64,000 bases of DNA from Trichodelitschia bisporula. Its lineage: Eukaryota. The translations under genes were made by a program, and so were the position numbers. The notes below the pieces were generated by a model. It was not told where the DNA came from. It saw only the letters and a program-made list of their open reading frames with translations, and searched no databases. The stretch spans positions 1,241,803 to 1,305,802 of the forward strand of contig ML996687.1 of assembly GCA_010356995.1 (NCBI GenBank). The letters are read 5' to 3'. Positions 11,301-22,796 of this stretch are shown here, piece after piece (positions within the stretch are counted from its first letter, which is position 1; each line of letters begins with the position of its first letter).

Positions 11301-14300
11301 CCGCCAGCGGAGGCTCTGGTTTTCCTAAATGTTCCGCCGGGTCTGGGGATGTGGACTTGGATAGAGAGCCGGGATGCAGCGAGGGTGCTCCATCTCCACA
11401 TCCCAGGGCCCAGCGGTCGGTTAGCTTTCTACGGCGCTCGCTGAGGCAGCTTAGAACCTCATGGAAGATGCCTGGAGGGTGGTGGCTGAACGCCGAAAGT
11501 CTATCGGGAAGCCAAAGTTCAATTCACTCACCAAAGCTCCCGTCAGCACCATCACCCTCTCTCTTCTCCCACAAACCCTCAAACTCCCATCATCAAAATT
11601 CAACCGGAATATCACAAACATTATCACCTCATACCACCTCCCAACCTCCTCCCCACCCAAATGCCATGATCGGCGGCCGCCGACCGCAGACCCTATCCCC
11701 ATGCTCAAATCTTGGTTCACGCCGGCCCACGGACCACCGGCTCCCCGTCCCGCGCCGCGGGCGCAGCACCACCCCAATTGCGGCCCGTGTTGCACGCTTG
11801 TGGCGCTGGCGCGCGGGCTGGGATCCCGGCTAACCCGGTCAGCTTCGCGGCGGAAGACGGCTTAGCGCAGCCGAGGGCAGCGAAGAGCAGCGGATTGCCG
11901 CGGAACGAAGCGGTTTCTGGCGAAGCGTGGGCGGGGAAGGGTCCCAAAGAGTGGACCGTGGAGCCGTGGGTGGAGGAAGTGGGGGAGCGCGTGGGCGAGG
12001 TCTCTGAGGTTCGAGGCGCGTGGGCGGCTGGATGGCCGGGTGAGCGGGCGGGAGGGACGGCGTGTGTGCGCTGGGATGGGATGGGATGGCATCATCGCGC
12101 GGGATGGGGCGATGAGCGCGAGCTGGCGATGAAGTGCGCGCGTGCGTACGCATTCGGCAGTTCGCTCATCCGCATCTCGATAGAGACGGGCTGCCAGGAA
12201 CCGGGTCGGTCGCTGGAGAGGCCCCCTCGTTCCTGCGTCGTACCTGCATGTGCGCGCCCAGCAGGCACTGGAATCGCTGCGGGGGGTTGCTGCGGTTCGC
12301 ACCAATTGCCCGGAGCGGGGTGCGCACCTTGTATCCCGCTGTGTAGGCGCGGGCACGCTGTTAGCGAGGATTCCGCTTTGGGCACTGGTTATGCGCGGCG
12401 TGGCGGCTCGGCGCTGCATTGTCCAGTTTGGGGGTGAGCGCTTGGGGCGCGAGCACGTCCGTGGAGAGTGGGGTACTGGATTGGGCATAGGGAGTGTCAG
12501 TGATCGGTTGTGGCAATGCCTATTCGGGGGGTTGAACTATCCTGAGATAATGGATTAATCTTCGTTGTTTGGTTTGGTAGTGTTTTCACATCTTTTGATG
12601 GTGGGGGGTGGGTTGGCGTGGGGATTCGCCTTCGAGAAGACGCCGCATCTCAAGTCTCCGTGGGTGAGATGAGGCAATTGTAAAATTGAGACAGTCTGGA
12701 ACGTCGAAGCGAGTGCCTCTTCCGCTATCCGCCGTCCCGCTATCCGCTCGTCGCCATCGCGGTACGGCGCCCGCCTTAGGGTCATCACATCACATCACCC
12801 GCCAAGGTGAAGAAAGAGGACGCGAAAAAGCACGTCGCCTGGCAAGCGCGTGCTTGACTCTTTGGAGCAATGGTGAAGTGGGGTGCTGGAGGACGCGATG
12901 GGCGCCTATCGTTGTCCTTATCCTCTTCTCCCCACACTGGAGGCGCGTGGATAAGGATAGCGTATCGGCATAGCTAATGTCGATGTGCACAACTTATCGC
13001 GCGCCTTATCCATGGCAAGCCAAAGCGTCAAAAGCAACGACGTCAAGTAAGCCAACACCTGGCACAAGTTCCATGAATTCAGGCATGAGCACAGGACAAG
13101 CAAAGACGTCTGAATAGTGCAGTGCACAAACAGCGTCACTTTGCATAGAAATATGTCGTCACCAGCCACACCCTTCTCCCTTACCCCAGCCTCACGGCAA
13201 ACCCGCGGGGCTGAGCAGAGAAACGTGCGCCGGCCACAGCGTGACTGGCCCTCCCCGCGTCGCTCCCAGCGATTGGTCCGCTTCGTGGCCAGGCCACACA
13301 GCGTCGCCTTACGCGCGCCTGATTGGGCCCACGGTCCGCTGAAAATAGGCCGTGGAAATTGCGCGGGAGCTGAGCGGCGAAGCTTCATACGAGGCTTCCT
13401 CGCATCATCGCAGCGGACGGGACGGGGACCGACGGGTGAGCCGGGTACGAAGAGCGTTGCTATTGCGGGATTGAAGGGACGCGTTTGAGGCGAAATTCCA
13501 TTCTGAATACTGATGCGCAGCACTTGGTGGTGGCGAAAGCGGAGGAATCTACGTAAGGGATTGACCTCGAGAACATGGGCGACGGCCCAGGCCCCGATGC
13601 GGGAAGAGCAGCTGGACCCGCCGATGCAGGAACCGGGTGACCGATGAATTCTGGATGGCCTGGTCGGGCACCTTGCTCGCTGTGAGGTCGCCGCCGCGCG
13701 ATGAGCGGAGCGGAGCACGACGCGCCGGGCATGGCTGTGAAACGCCGGCGGGGGGGAGAATGCGGCGCTTCTGCTGGTGGGGGGAGGTGTGGTCGCGGGT
13801 CTCGAGGATCACGGGCCTGGAGGATGCGGGCAGGATCAACTCGTCCATGAGGATGGGAGGATGGGCTGAGAAAGCAGCGTTAACGATGCGAGGAGAGAGC
13901 AGCGGTACCGCTGAGCGGTGGGCATCTCCATTCCACTCCGCTCTCCTGCCGCTGTCACTGAGAGAAAGCGCAACGTTGCCGTCTCACCATCGAAGGCCCT
14001 GCATGAGGCCTTGCAGCTCGTCATCCCAAAGGGCGACAGAAAGAAGGCGCCGAGGCACCCAGGCATGAAGGCAAAACGCCAGAAAAGCAACTCGACCAAA
14101 AGAGCGCGGGTGCATTCAATGCCGCGCACGCGGCGCCACGGGCGGAATGTGACGGTACCTGCAGCCGGCGGTTTATTTTTTTGCTCCTGTTGACCACTCA
14201 CGATGCGGGGTTTTGCGCAAGGCGGGTGGGGGGAGTTGAGGACAGATTCTTTTTGGCGCGGATGGAGTGTCTGGAGGAGGCTTGGAATGCTGTTGCTGCT

Positions 14301-15632
14301 GCGCGATTGCTAATGTGATCAGCTCGGTGACCATCTTGAAGGCGCTATTGTGATGCATATAGAAAGATGCTGTTGTTCGGAACGACGTGGGCATGTCATT
14401 GGTTAGGAGAGATCGTGATAAGTTGACGAACGATGGCATCGGGCGGGGGATGGTGAGGTGACGAGATTGTTTTATTTAGCATTACGAGGATGCAATATTG
14501 GGGTTTCGAGATCGTGGCCTGCCGTGCGAGCATGGTACCGTAGGTGAGCGTGGCGAAGTGGGGAGAAAAAGAGCGTGGTTGTCGTACGGTATCGATTGGT
14601 GATACTGATAGCTGGGGGGTGAGAAAGGCGGGCACAAGAACACAATCCAGGCACAAGTACTGGCACAAGGCACAAAGTTGCAGGGAACACTGATTCCGTT
14701 GCTCTGGATCATCGTCCACCAAGAGAGGATGTTGCTTTTGGTGAGCGCGCGCGAACGCCACCTGGCTGACCCATGGCGCACATTATCGATTGTGTGATGA
14801 GCGTGGTGATAGGGCGGCGCCAGGCGAGGCCCGTTTGGCGACCCAACATGTGGTGATGGTGGAGAGGGCGCTACTCGCTGCGAGTGGAATCTGGGGGATC
14901 CATCAAGGGCTATCACAAGGTTGCATTCTCAGTGCGCGAGCGAAACGGAAGAAACAACGATGCCTGGACTACTGTCCAAGGGAAACATCGAAAACGAGCT
15001 GCCTCACAGCACACTTGCCTTTTCCTGGCGGGCTCGAAGCAGCTGTGGGCGCAACAACCCTCGCCGTTCCAATTCATTGGGCGCGTCGTGCAGCAAATGG
15101 CAGGCCGGCGGCGAGGTGCGCGGTGACGTTTTGCTGAGGTTGCTTCGCCGCCGGCCGGTTCTGCGGCCTGCATTTCCTGAAGGGTGCGAGGGAAGTGGGA
15201 GAGAGTCGAGATGGAGGGTCGGCATGGTGTTAAGTGGGTTGATGGAGTGGGGAGTCAAGGTACAGTACGTCAAGCCTGACAATGGAGACACGGAGAAGAC
15301 AGTCCGGCGCGTCTTTGCAAGCGAGAGACAACCTGTCGAGAAAGACGAGAGATAGGTGCAGTACTCCGTAGAAGGCATGCGGAGCGCGACTGTATGCAAG
15401 GGCAGAGTCAGCAGCATTCAGCATCCTGCGAGTGGAGAAAGAGGTTCGGCGATGGCGATGGTGATGGTCGTTGCTGCTGCGGTTCAAGTTTGCTGATGGA
15501 CTGATCAATGAGCGTTGGCTGATTCTTGCCAGTCTCCCTTCCTTTCGATTTCCGTCGGTGACACTCGTCGCTCCTCTTCGTCTGCCGCCATCTCATTCCC
15601 ACGCATCAATACTGGCCGCCACCAGCAAAAAT

Positions 15633-15654
15633 GAGAGAGAGAGAGAGAGAGAGA
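15633..15654. repeat. (GA)11 microsatellite
   Basis: gagagagagagagagagagaga read directly, ~1.2 kb upstream of the C2H2 factor. Confidence 0.9.
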
Positions 15655-16762
15655 AAGAAAGAGTCTCTTCCATCCTCCACCTCCACCTGCACCTCCACGC
15701 TCTCACCACGCCTTCCACACCCACCACCCACGATGACCTTAGCCCCACGAGTCATATCACAGTGACAGAATAATCCGTGCATTAGCGGTTCTCGGCAAAA
15801 AGGACACTGAGCGAGAGAGAAGAGAGCCAGGTGAAGCCCGTGCCACCCTCCACCTCTTCCCTGTCCCGAAGTTCCCCAGTCCGGCCCGTCGACCAGTCTC
15901 TTGCCGTTTTGGCTGCGCCTTGACTCTCTTTTGGCCGCGCTGTGATACTCCGTAGTACTCCATATAACTCATGCTATGATAGCCCATAACCGGTCGGGCT
16001 TACCGGGGCCACTCCACACCCCAGCCTTGCTCATTGAACAGCCCCGTTCGCTCATCCCGCCTATTGCCTCTCGGCCCATCATAGCAGAATACGGCCTTTC
16101 CACCTCTCCATACAATTCACCACCCATCCTCTCGCTCCATCTCTCACCCCCATGCTCCAACCACCCCAGTCCCGCCTCTCACCACCACCCACCCACTGGA
16201 GCAACAGTCCACAGGCAGCACACACTGCCACAATGCTCGCCCATACCCATCGACAGCATCCCACTAACCCCCCCCTGTGCCTGCCTATCTTTTCTTCTTC
16301 AAGGTCTAATCGCTGTGAATGGGCCCTGCACCAGCGCGCCTCTCTCTCCGCCCTCCGCGAGCGAGCGCGCTCAGATCCCCGACTTACTTATCCGTGCCCA
16401 CATCCTCGTCCATTCTTTTTCCCTTCTTTTCACAGAAAGGTTTATGAATCTAGCCTTTGCCTGTACCTTCTCTTCTCTCTTGTAAAGCTCTTTTTTATTT
16501 TTGGATAACTCTCGATCTTAACAAGATCGGTGTTTCCAGCCCTTCCTTTACACCATCACCATCACCATAGTCGCCTGCACGGCCTCATCGACCACGCGTG
16601 TGCATTATTAGACAGCGCTTTCGCGTTTGCTATTCAGTCATTCATTCCCTCGGGACCATCAACCAAGTGTACATCTATCCCAGCTTGTCGCCAACCGTTT
16701 GGACAACTACTCGACAAGCAGCTCAAATAATATTACTACGGAGCATCACCACTCACCGCAGC

Positions 16763-16832
16763 GTACGTGTTACTGGAATATGCGGCTGCAGCACAGCCCG
16801 ACGCGCGCGCAAAATGCTGACAAGAATGTCAG
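16763..16832 (+). other. 5'-UTR intron of the Msn2/Seb1-like gene
   Basis: GTACGT donor, GCTGAC branch point, CAG acceptor 4 nt before ATG 16837; contains upstream ATGs. Confidence 0.65.
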
Positions 16833-16836
16833 ATCA

Positions 16837-18866
16837 ATGGCCGGACCTTACACCCAGAATCCGTCCTTTGGACAGTCAGCCTTCTTCTACTACACCGTCG
16901 ACCCCAAGGCGGAGACGCGCCAGCAGCACGGTCATTTTACCCAGCAACCGCACGGTATGCCATACGTGCACGAAATGGCGCACAACCACCAGCAGCAGAT
17001 GATGTACAACAACTACCAGCGCCCGTCTTCGTCAAGCTCGCAAATGCACTACCCGATGCAGCAGCAGTACGGCCAGCACTCTCTGCTCACGCCCGCGCAG
17101 TCGCCTCAACCGGTGCACCACAAGCCCTCGATTCTGGTGCAGCAGGACTCGCCATACCTCTTCCCGCTCGACACTGATTGCTACCCTCCCTCGACGCCGC
17201 CTCTGTCCTCGTCCGGCAGCAGCGCAATCAGCTCTCCCCCGTCTTCAGCCGAGGTGTTGCCCACGCCGCTGAGCAGTCACTTTGCGCACCACGCGCTGGA
17301 CGGCATCAAGCCTGGGTGCGAAGAGGAGGTGTTCTCGGAGATTCTCGCCAGTGATGAATGGGCGCGCTGTGCCTCGCCGCCCATGACACCAGGTACGTTA
17401 ATTTTAAGTTATTTCTGGGGCTCTGAACGATTTTCGTGAATATATTGCAACCTGCACCAGGGGGGGGTATGTGTGTACGTTTCAGTCGTACTTTCCGGGG
17501 GGTGGGGTGGCTTGGGGTGGTTGGGAGAAGTCACGGCTGGTGGTGTGGTGGTGGATGAAAGAGCCTGGATCGCGCTCTCTCCTAGTTTTATTATTTTTCT
17601 TAGGGCACACCCCGCTAACCGGACCCAGTGTTTATCCAGTCCGCAGGGTCCTCTGCCCCTTCCTCCCAATCCCACCCCTCCGCAACTGCCTCGTACAGTC
17701 AGCAGGGTTCCTCCTCTCTCCTTTCCACCCAGGAGTGCCCTTCTCTCTCCCCCTCACCATCCCCTATTCCTCGCGTCGACTTCCAGGAACAAGACTCCAA
17801 CTGCTGTGATCCCCGTGATCTCACCGTCTCCGCCTCTGAGTTCCCCGCCTTGCCTACACTTTGCCCTGGAGACGACGAAGCCCACAATTTGATGCTCAGG
17901 GGCGAACTCTTTACACCCAAGACTGAAGAGCTCAAGATCCCGACACCCGCACAATTTCTTGGCATCAGCCACGGCCTCCCAACCTTTGAGCTTCCCTTCG
18001 AGCTCGACGGCGAAGACGACTCGCACCTGCACTTCACTACTAGCGAAAACGTCCACTTTCTAGGAAACAAGCGCCAGCGCACGGACATTGTGCCCACTTT
18101 CTCTGAAGACGACAGCCTCCTCGACGACTCTTTCTCCGACTTCGAGGACGATCTCCAAGCCCCTGGCCTCCTGACCCCCAGCGACTCTGATCTGTCTTTC
18201 TGCTCTGAAGACTTCGAAATGAAGATGCGTTCGAAGAAGCGTCCGGCTCCCCGCCGTGATGCCCATGAGCACGAAGATGAGAACACGGACTCCGACTACA
18301 TGCATCAGTCCACCCGTCAATCCTCGACTTCCCACCACGGTTCGGAGCTCAACGCTGAGGCAGGTGCTTCGGACTCTCCCGCTGTTTCCAGCTCGGATGC
18401 CGCTACTCCTCAGCAGCCCACCCAGGTCTCCCGTCGCGGTCGCAAGCAATCTCTGACCGAGGATCCTTCCAAGACCTTCGTGTGCACCCTTTGCTCGCGT
18501 CGCTTCCGTCGCCAGGAGCACCTCAAGCGCCACTACCGGTCTCTGCACACACATGAGAAGCCTTTCGAGTGCAACGACTGTGGGAAGAAGTTCTCGCGCT
18601 CCGACAACCTGTCTCAGCACCAGCGCACACACGGTTCCGGCAGCATCGTCATGGGTGTCCTGACTGAGGCCCCTGGCGGCTATCCCCATGACATGTACGC
18701 CCCTCAGCAAGGCCCTCAGGATCCGTCTGCCCTCGGTGCGCTGCTCTTCGACGCAGCTGCCGCGGCCAGCGCCCTTGGTGGTTCCAGCAGCGAGAGCATG
18801 AGTGGTCACAGCGACCTGGATCAGGCCGCGGTGGACCGCAAGAAGAAGAGGAAGCGTGATGAGTAG
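16837..18866 (+). CDS. msn2: C2H2 zinc-finger stress-response transcription factor, Msn2/Seb1/MsnA type (2 coding exons)
   Basis: [63 protein letters not shown]; exon 1 16837-17392, intron 17393-17628 (GTACGT..GCTAAC..CAG), exon 2 17629-18866. Confidence 0.92.
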
Positions 18867-20862
18867 GAACTTGATCGGTGTTCCGGTCAATGGGATGGGA
18901 AGATTGCATGTGCAGTCGGCGTGGTTGACGTCGCTGCACCTCGAAACTAATGACACCATGAATAGAGGCTGAGTCGTCTCCAGAAGGAGGGGAACAGCTA
19001 ATGCCAGACCCTAATGTCTGTCGTCACGTCGTTACGCTGGGGGTCTTTGTTTTACTGTATTTCGCAAATGTTCGGGGTAGAATGGGATTTGTCTGGGCTT
19101 GTGTGAGTGTTGTGTATGGGCATGGCGGGTGGTTGCTCCCTTCTCGGGATGCACTGGCGCAATACGGAGAATTGCGAGAAAGAAACTAAAAGTCGGTTGC
19201 GCCGTTTCTTTTTCCCCGCGATCATTTGCTTTTTTTTGGGAACGGTTTTGGGATACCTTCTCTTCTCCCTTGTTTTTCTTCTATGTTGCTTTTCGACACT
19301 ATCGTTTTACATCACTTTTTCCGAGGGGTTGGGGAGGCGGGCTCTTTTTCCTCTTGCGCTGTTTCGCAGTCCCTGCGGATGCGCGCCTTGTACAACGTGT
19401 GGCCTGCTTCTCCGGAGTTGTTTTCGCTTCTTGCCATGTCTTTACGGAACACCTTTTTTGCCCTGGGTTCGGGTTGCGCACACCTCTTTCTTCTTCGGTC
19501 TTCGTTCTTTAGCACCTGAGGTGTGCGCATTATCAGTGCTTCGCTGCTGTTTTGGCTGGTCCTGCAGTTCAGCTTTTTTGTGTGTGCCATGCTGCGCTTG
19601 CGGATTTGAGCGTTTTGTTATCGTAGGTCGACTGACTGAACTGATGCTCCGGCCTGGTTGTGGCCTTGGGTGGGATGTGTGCTGTATGGTAGCTGACTGA
19701 ATGCATGCTGTCTGACCTGAAAACTTGACTTTGTGCTCCTGTGACGTGATTCATTCGAAGTGATTGTCTTCTATGGGATGGGGTGGGTGAAACGATGCTT
19801 GAGCGGCACAGGACTTGCGACGAGTTAGCTGCGAGTGTGGTCGGAAGTTCGGCATTTCGGCATGGACAGAGTTTTAGTTCTTGCGGTGGGCGTATGCTTA
19901 GAGGTGAGTCTGTCTAATTGAAAGGTGCTGAGCGGAGGCTAACGAACTGGCAGTTGGGTACTTTGGTTCAGATACCTCACGATGCTTGGCATGGTGTTTC
20001 GATACTCGCTGGGCTGCTCCTGCCCGTCGCCGTATCGCCGCTCCCTCCTTCCGCAGAACAGATGCTCCTTCCTGTTGTCGTAGGTGGTGTCGTCATCTGA
20101 GACGACTCGTAGCTTCCAATCTTCGTCCCTTCGTGCTTTGCCACCGGGCAGTCGAAGGAAGTATTCTCCATGACTCTCTCATTCTCTTCTCAATCATTAT
20201 TCTCGTCTCGTCATCTCACAACTGGGGAAGGGGGGCCTTTGTGGCCTACATCTATCTTTTTGAACGACTTGAAATTCGCTCAACACTTTGCACGAGCAAT
20301 CAGTATCCCGCAGCACCACGAGATGGTTCAAAGCTCTGCCACAGCATGTCACTCGAGAGGGCCAGCAAGGTGATGAGGTCCTTTTCTAGGAAGTAAGTAG
20401 ATGTCTGCTTCCCTTTGCTCCTTTTTGTGTGCCCTTACGTCAGGGCGCCGTGGTCGCAGTCGGTCCCGATGGGCTTAGGAGCACAATCCATCGGGGGTTT
20501 ATCCTGAGCCTATTTTTCCCTTGGAGACAACCGCCGGTCCAACAGGACTGTCCACCGGTCTGAGAAGCATGGGTGGGAGTACTTCAGTGATATCGCGAAG
20601 CCGAGGGTGTGCAGGTACTGCCGCAGACAGATTAAGGGAATGGGTACGTGCCCCTTAAGAACCAAGTAGCTGTTCAGTGCTAGCGTTTTACTGATTGTGC
20701 CCGGCACAGGAATCATAGAGACCATGCTGGAAGGCAGCTGACATATAACATCACGAACACTGGCACATATCAGCCAAATAACCAGGCGTTCTTGATATCC
20801 TCGCCTTCCAACGCTGCAATGCTGGTATACATGCGCTCACTGTGCCCACGCAATGCAAAACG

Positions 20863-22578
20863 CTACTTCTCTCCATGCCCATTAGCCAACCCCTCAACCT
20901 CTTTCCTCTTGACCTCAAAAACCACCGCTCCGTTTTTGCCCTCCTTGAACCGCTTCCACTGTCCTAGCCGCATTTCCTTCCCCGTACCAACAACCACGCA
21001 CAAGCCATCCTTTCCCTTCTCCCCTCGCTCAAACACCGAAATGTCGTTGATGACACCCCGGACAGCCTTCTGCGGCACCTCATCATCTTTCCCTGCACCA
21101 TTCGTCTCTGTGTCTTGCATCTCCAAGTTCGCGTTCGCTTCGTCTTCTCCCCGGCCCAACACTCCCACAGCCTCAATTCGCCTCCTATCCGGCGTGACCC
21201 GCCACACCTTAACCACTCCATCCCAACTGCCGCTAAGGACCACATCCGCAAGCGGCACCGTCGCAAGGGCAGTAACCCATCTCGGCTGGCGCCTTCCCGG
21301 AACCTGCGGATCAGGGTCTTTCTCCGCACTGACCTCCTCGGGCTTCAGCTGCGTGTCCATGCCATGGGCGACCGGAACCGTAAACACCGGCTTCTTGCGG
21401 TGCACGCTCCATAAGCTGATGGTGCCGTTATCGCTGCCAGTAACGAATGTGTCCTCGTCGACTAACGCAACGCGGTCAATACTCCCCTCGGCATAGGATG
21501 CGCGGCCGCGGTCACCCTTCCCACCGCTCCCGCCGCGGAATACCAACTGGCTCTCCTCAACGACCTTCCACAGCCGGGCAGTCCGGTCACGTGCACCGAC
21601 ACTGATGCACCGCTCGGACGCCTGGCCTGCGACATCGATGACGTGGTCCTGGTGGCCGAAGAGCGTCTCGACGTAAGCCAGCTCGTCGAGAGACCAGATT
21701 TTAATCGTGCGGTCGGCGGAGGCGCTGAAGAGCATGTGTGTATCGCGTCGGAAGGAGACGCCGAGAACGGAGTCGCGGTGCTGGAGGAAGGCTTTGGTTG
21801 GGCGGAGCGTCGCGGCATCCCAGATTACGAGCCGCTTGTCGGAGCCACCGCTGGCGAGGAATTTGCCTGATGAGGAGGCGGCGAGGCAGAGGATGGAGCC
21901 GGTGTGCCCTTGGTATGAGGCGTCGCCGGCGCGGGACGGGTTGGCGCGGTAAGAGGTTATGAATTTGGGGCGGCGGCGGGGAGTGAGGTTCTTCGGGTGC
22001 GGAGTGTTCGGGTCTGTAGGTGTAGGCAACTCCCACTTCACTAGTGTTCCGTCCTTGGATGCCGTAAATGCGTATGGTGCACAGGTCGCCACTGCGACGA
22101 CCACGCGCTGGTCGGCGGAGAAGTACGTCTGACTCTCGGGAGGAAGGACGAAATCGTCCGCAATAAAGCGATGTAGCTTCCCCTTTGTGCCCGCCACATC
22201 TTCTTTTAACCGTTCGGCAATCAAGTCGCGGTCGACATCTGCCGCATCGAAGCCCGCCTCGTCGACTTCCTCGCGGATGTTGTCCAGGTAGCGTTGGGCA
22301 AGGCGTAGACGCCGCTCGTCAGCCGTCTCGCCCTCCTCCTCGGACGTGCCCTCGCTCTCATCGTCAATGACCGGCTGCCTGGGAGCATCGTCGTCTGAAT
22401 CGCTCGCATCGCTCCCAGAAATGGAATCTTCGCGTTCACGGGGTTTGCGGGTAGGTCGGTCGGTGGTTTTGGGGCGCGGTTTCGCGGCAGAGGCGGTCCG
22501 CTTCTTCGGAGCGGGTGCAGAACCGTCGGCACGCTTCCGTTTGCGCTGGGACGCAGGCGCTGTGAAGAAGGAAGACAT
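20863..22578 (-). CDS. RRP9: U3 snoRNP WD40 protein Rrp9
   Basis: Acidic N-terminus with ETADERRLRLAQRYL; WD repeats including LAYVETLFGHQD and RTARLWKVVEESQLVFRGG; single exon from MSSFF. Confidence 0.93.
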   Translation of the reverse strand: MSSFFTAPASQRKRKRADGSAPAPKKRTASAAKPRPKTTDRPTRKPREREDSISGSDASDSDDDAPRQPVIDDESEGTSEEEGETADERRLRLAQRYLDNIREEVDEAGFDAADVDRDLIAERLKEDVAGTKGKLHRFIADDFVLPPESQTYFSADQRVVVAVATCAPYAFTASKDGTLVKWELPTPTDPNTPHPKNLTPRRRPKFITSYRANPSRAGDASYQGHTGSILCLAASSSGKFLASGGSDKRLVIWDAATLRPTKAFLQHRDSVLGVSFRRDTHMLFSASADRTIKIWSLDELAYVETLFGHQDHVIDVAGQASERCISVGARDRTARLWKVVEESQLVFRGGSGGKGDRGRASYAEGSIDRVALVDEDTFVTGSDNGTISLWSVHRKKPVFTVPVAHGMDTQLKPEEVSAEKDPDPQVPGRRQPRWVTALATVPLADVVLSGSWDGVVKVWRVTPDRRRIEAVGVLGRGEDEANANLEMQDTETNGAGKDDEVPQKAVRGVINDISVFERGEKGKDGLCVVVGTGKEMRLGQWKRFKEGKNGAVVFEVKRKEVEGLANGHGEK

Positions 22579-22796
22579 TGTGGCGCAATTATCACGATTT
22601 GCCAGGCTGGGAGTTGAAGATTTGGAAATTTTTGGACGGGCCAAGATTTCTGCCGGCCAAGGCGTGGGACCCCTGTTCGGCGGTCACGGCAGGGAGCTCC
22701 GACCTCATCATGGTCCACTGATCAACGCTTCCTCCTCGGGACTTTGACATCATCAACAATTCGGATTTTTCATGAGGTCTCGTATTGGTGTTGGTC

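Noticed and set aside
7054..16500. Numerous 100-270 aa ORFs on both strands (e.g. 11712-12437, 12918-13718)
   Set aside because: Arg/Pro/Ala-rich, mutually overlapping, no motifs; expected by chance at this GC content
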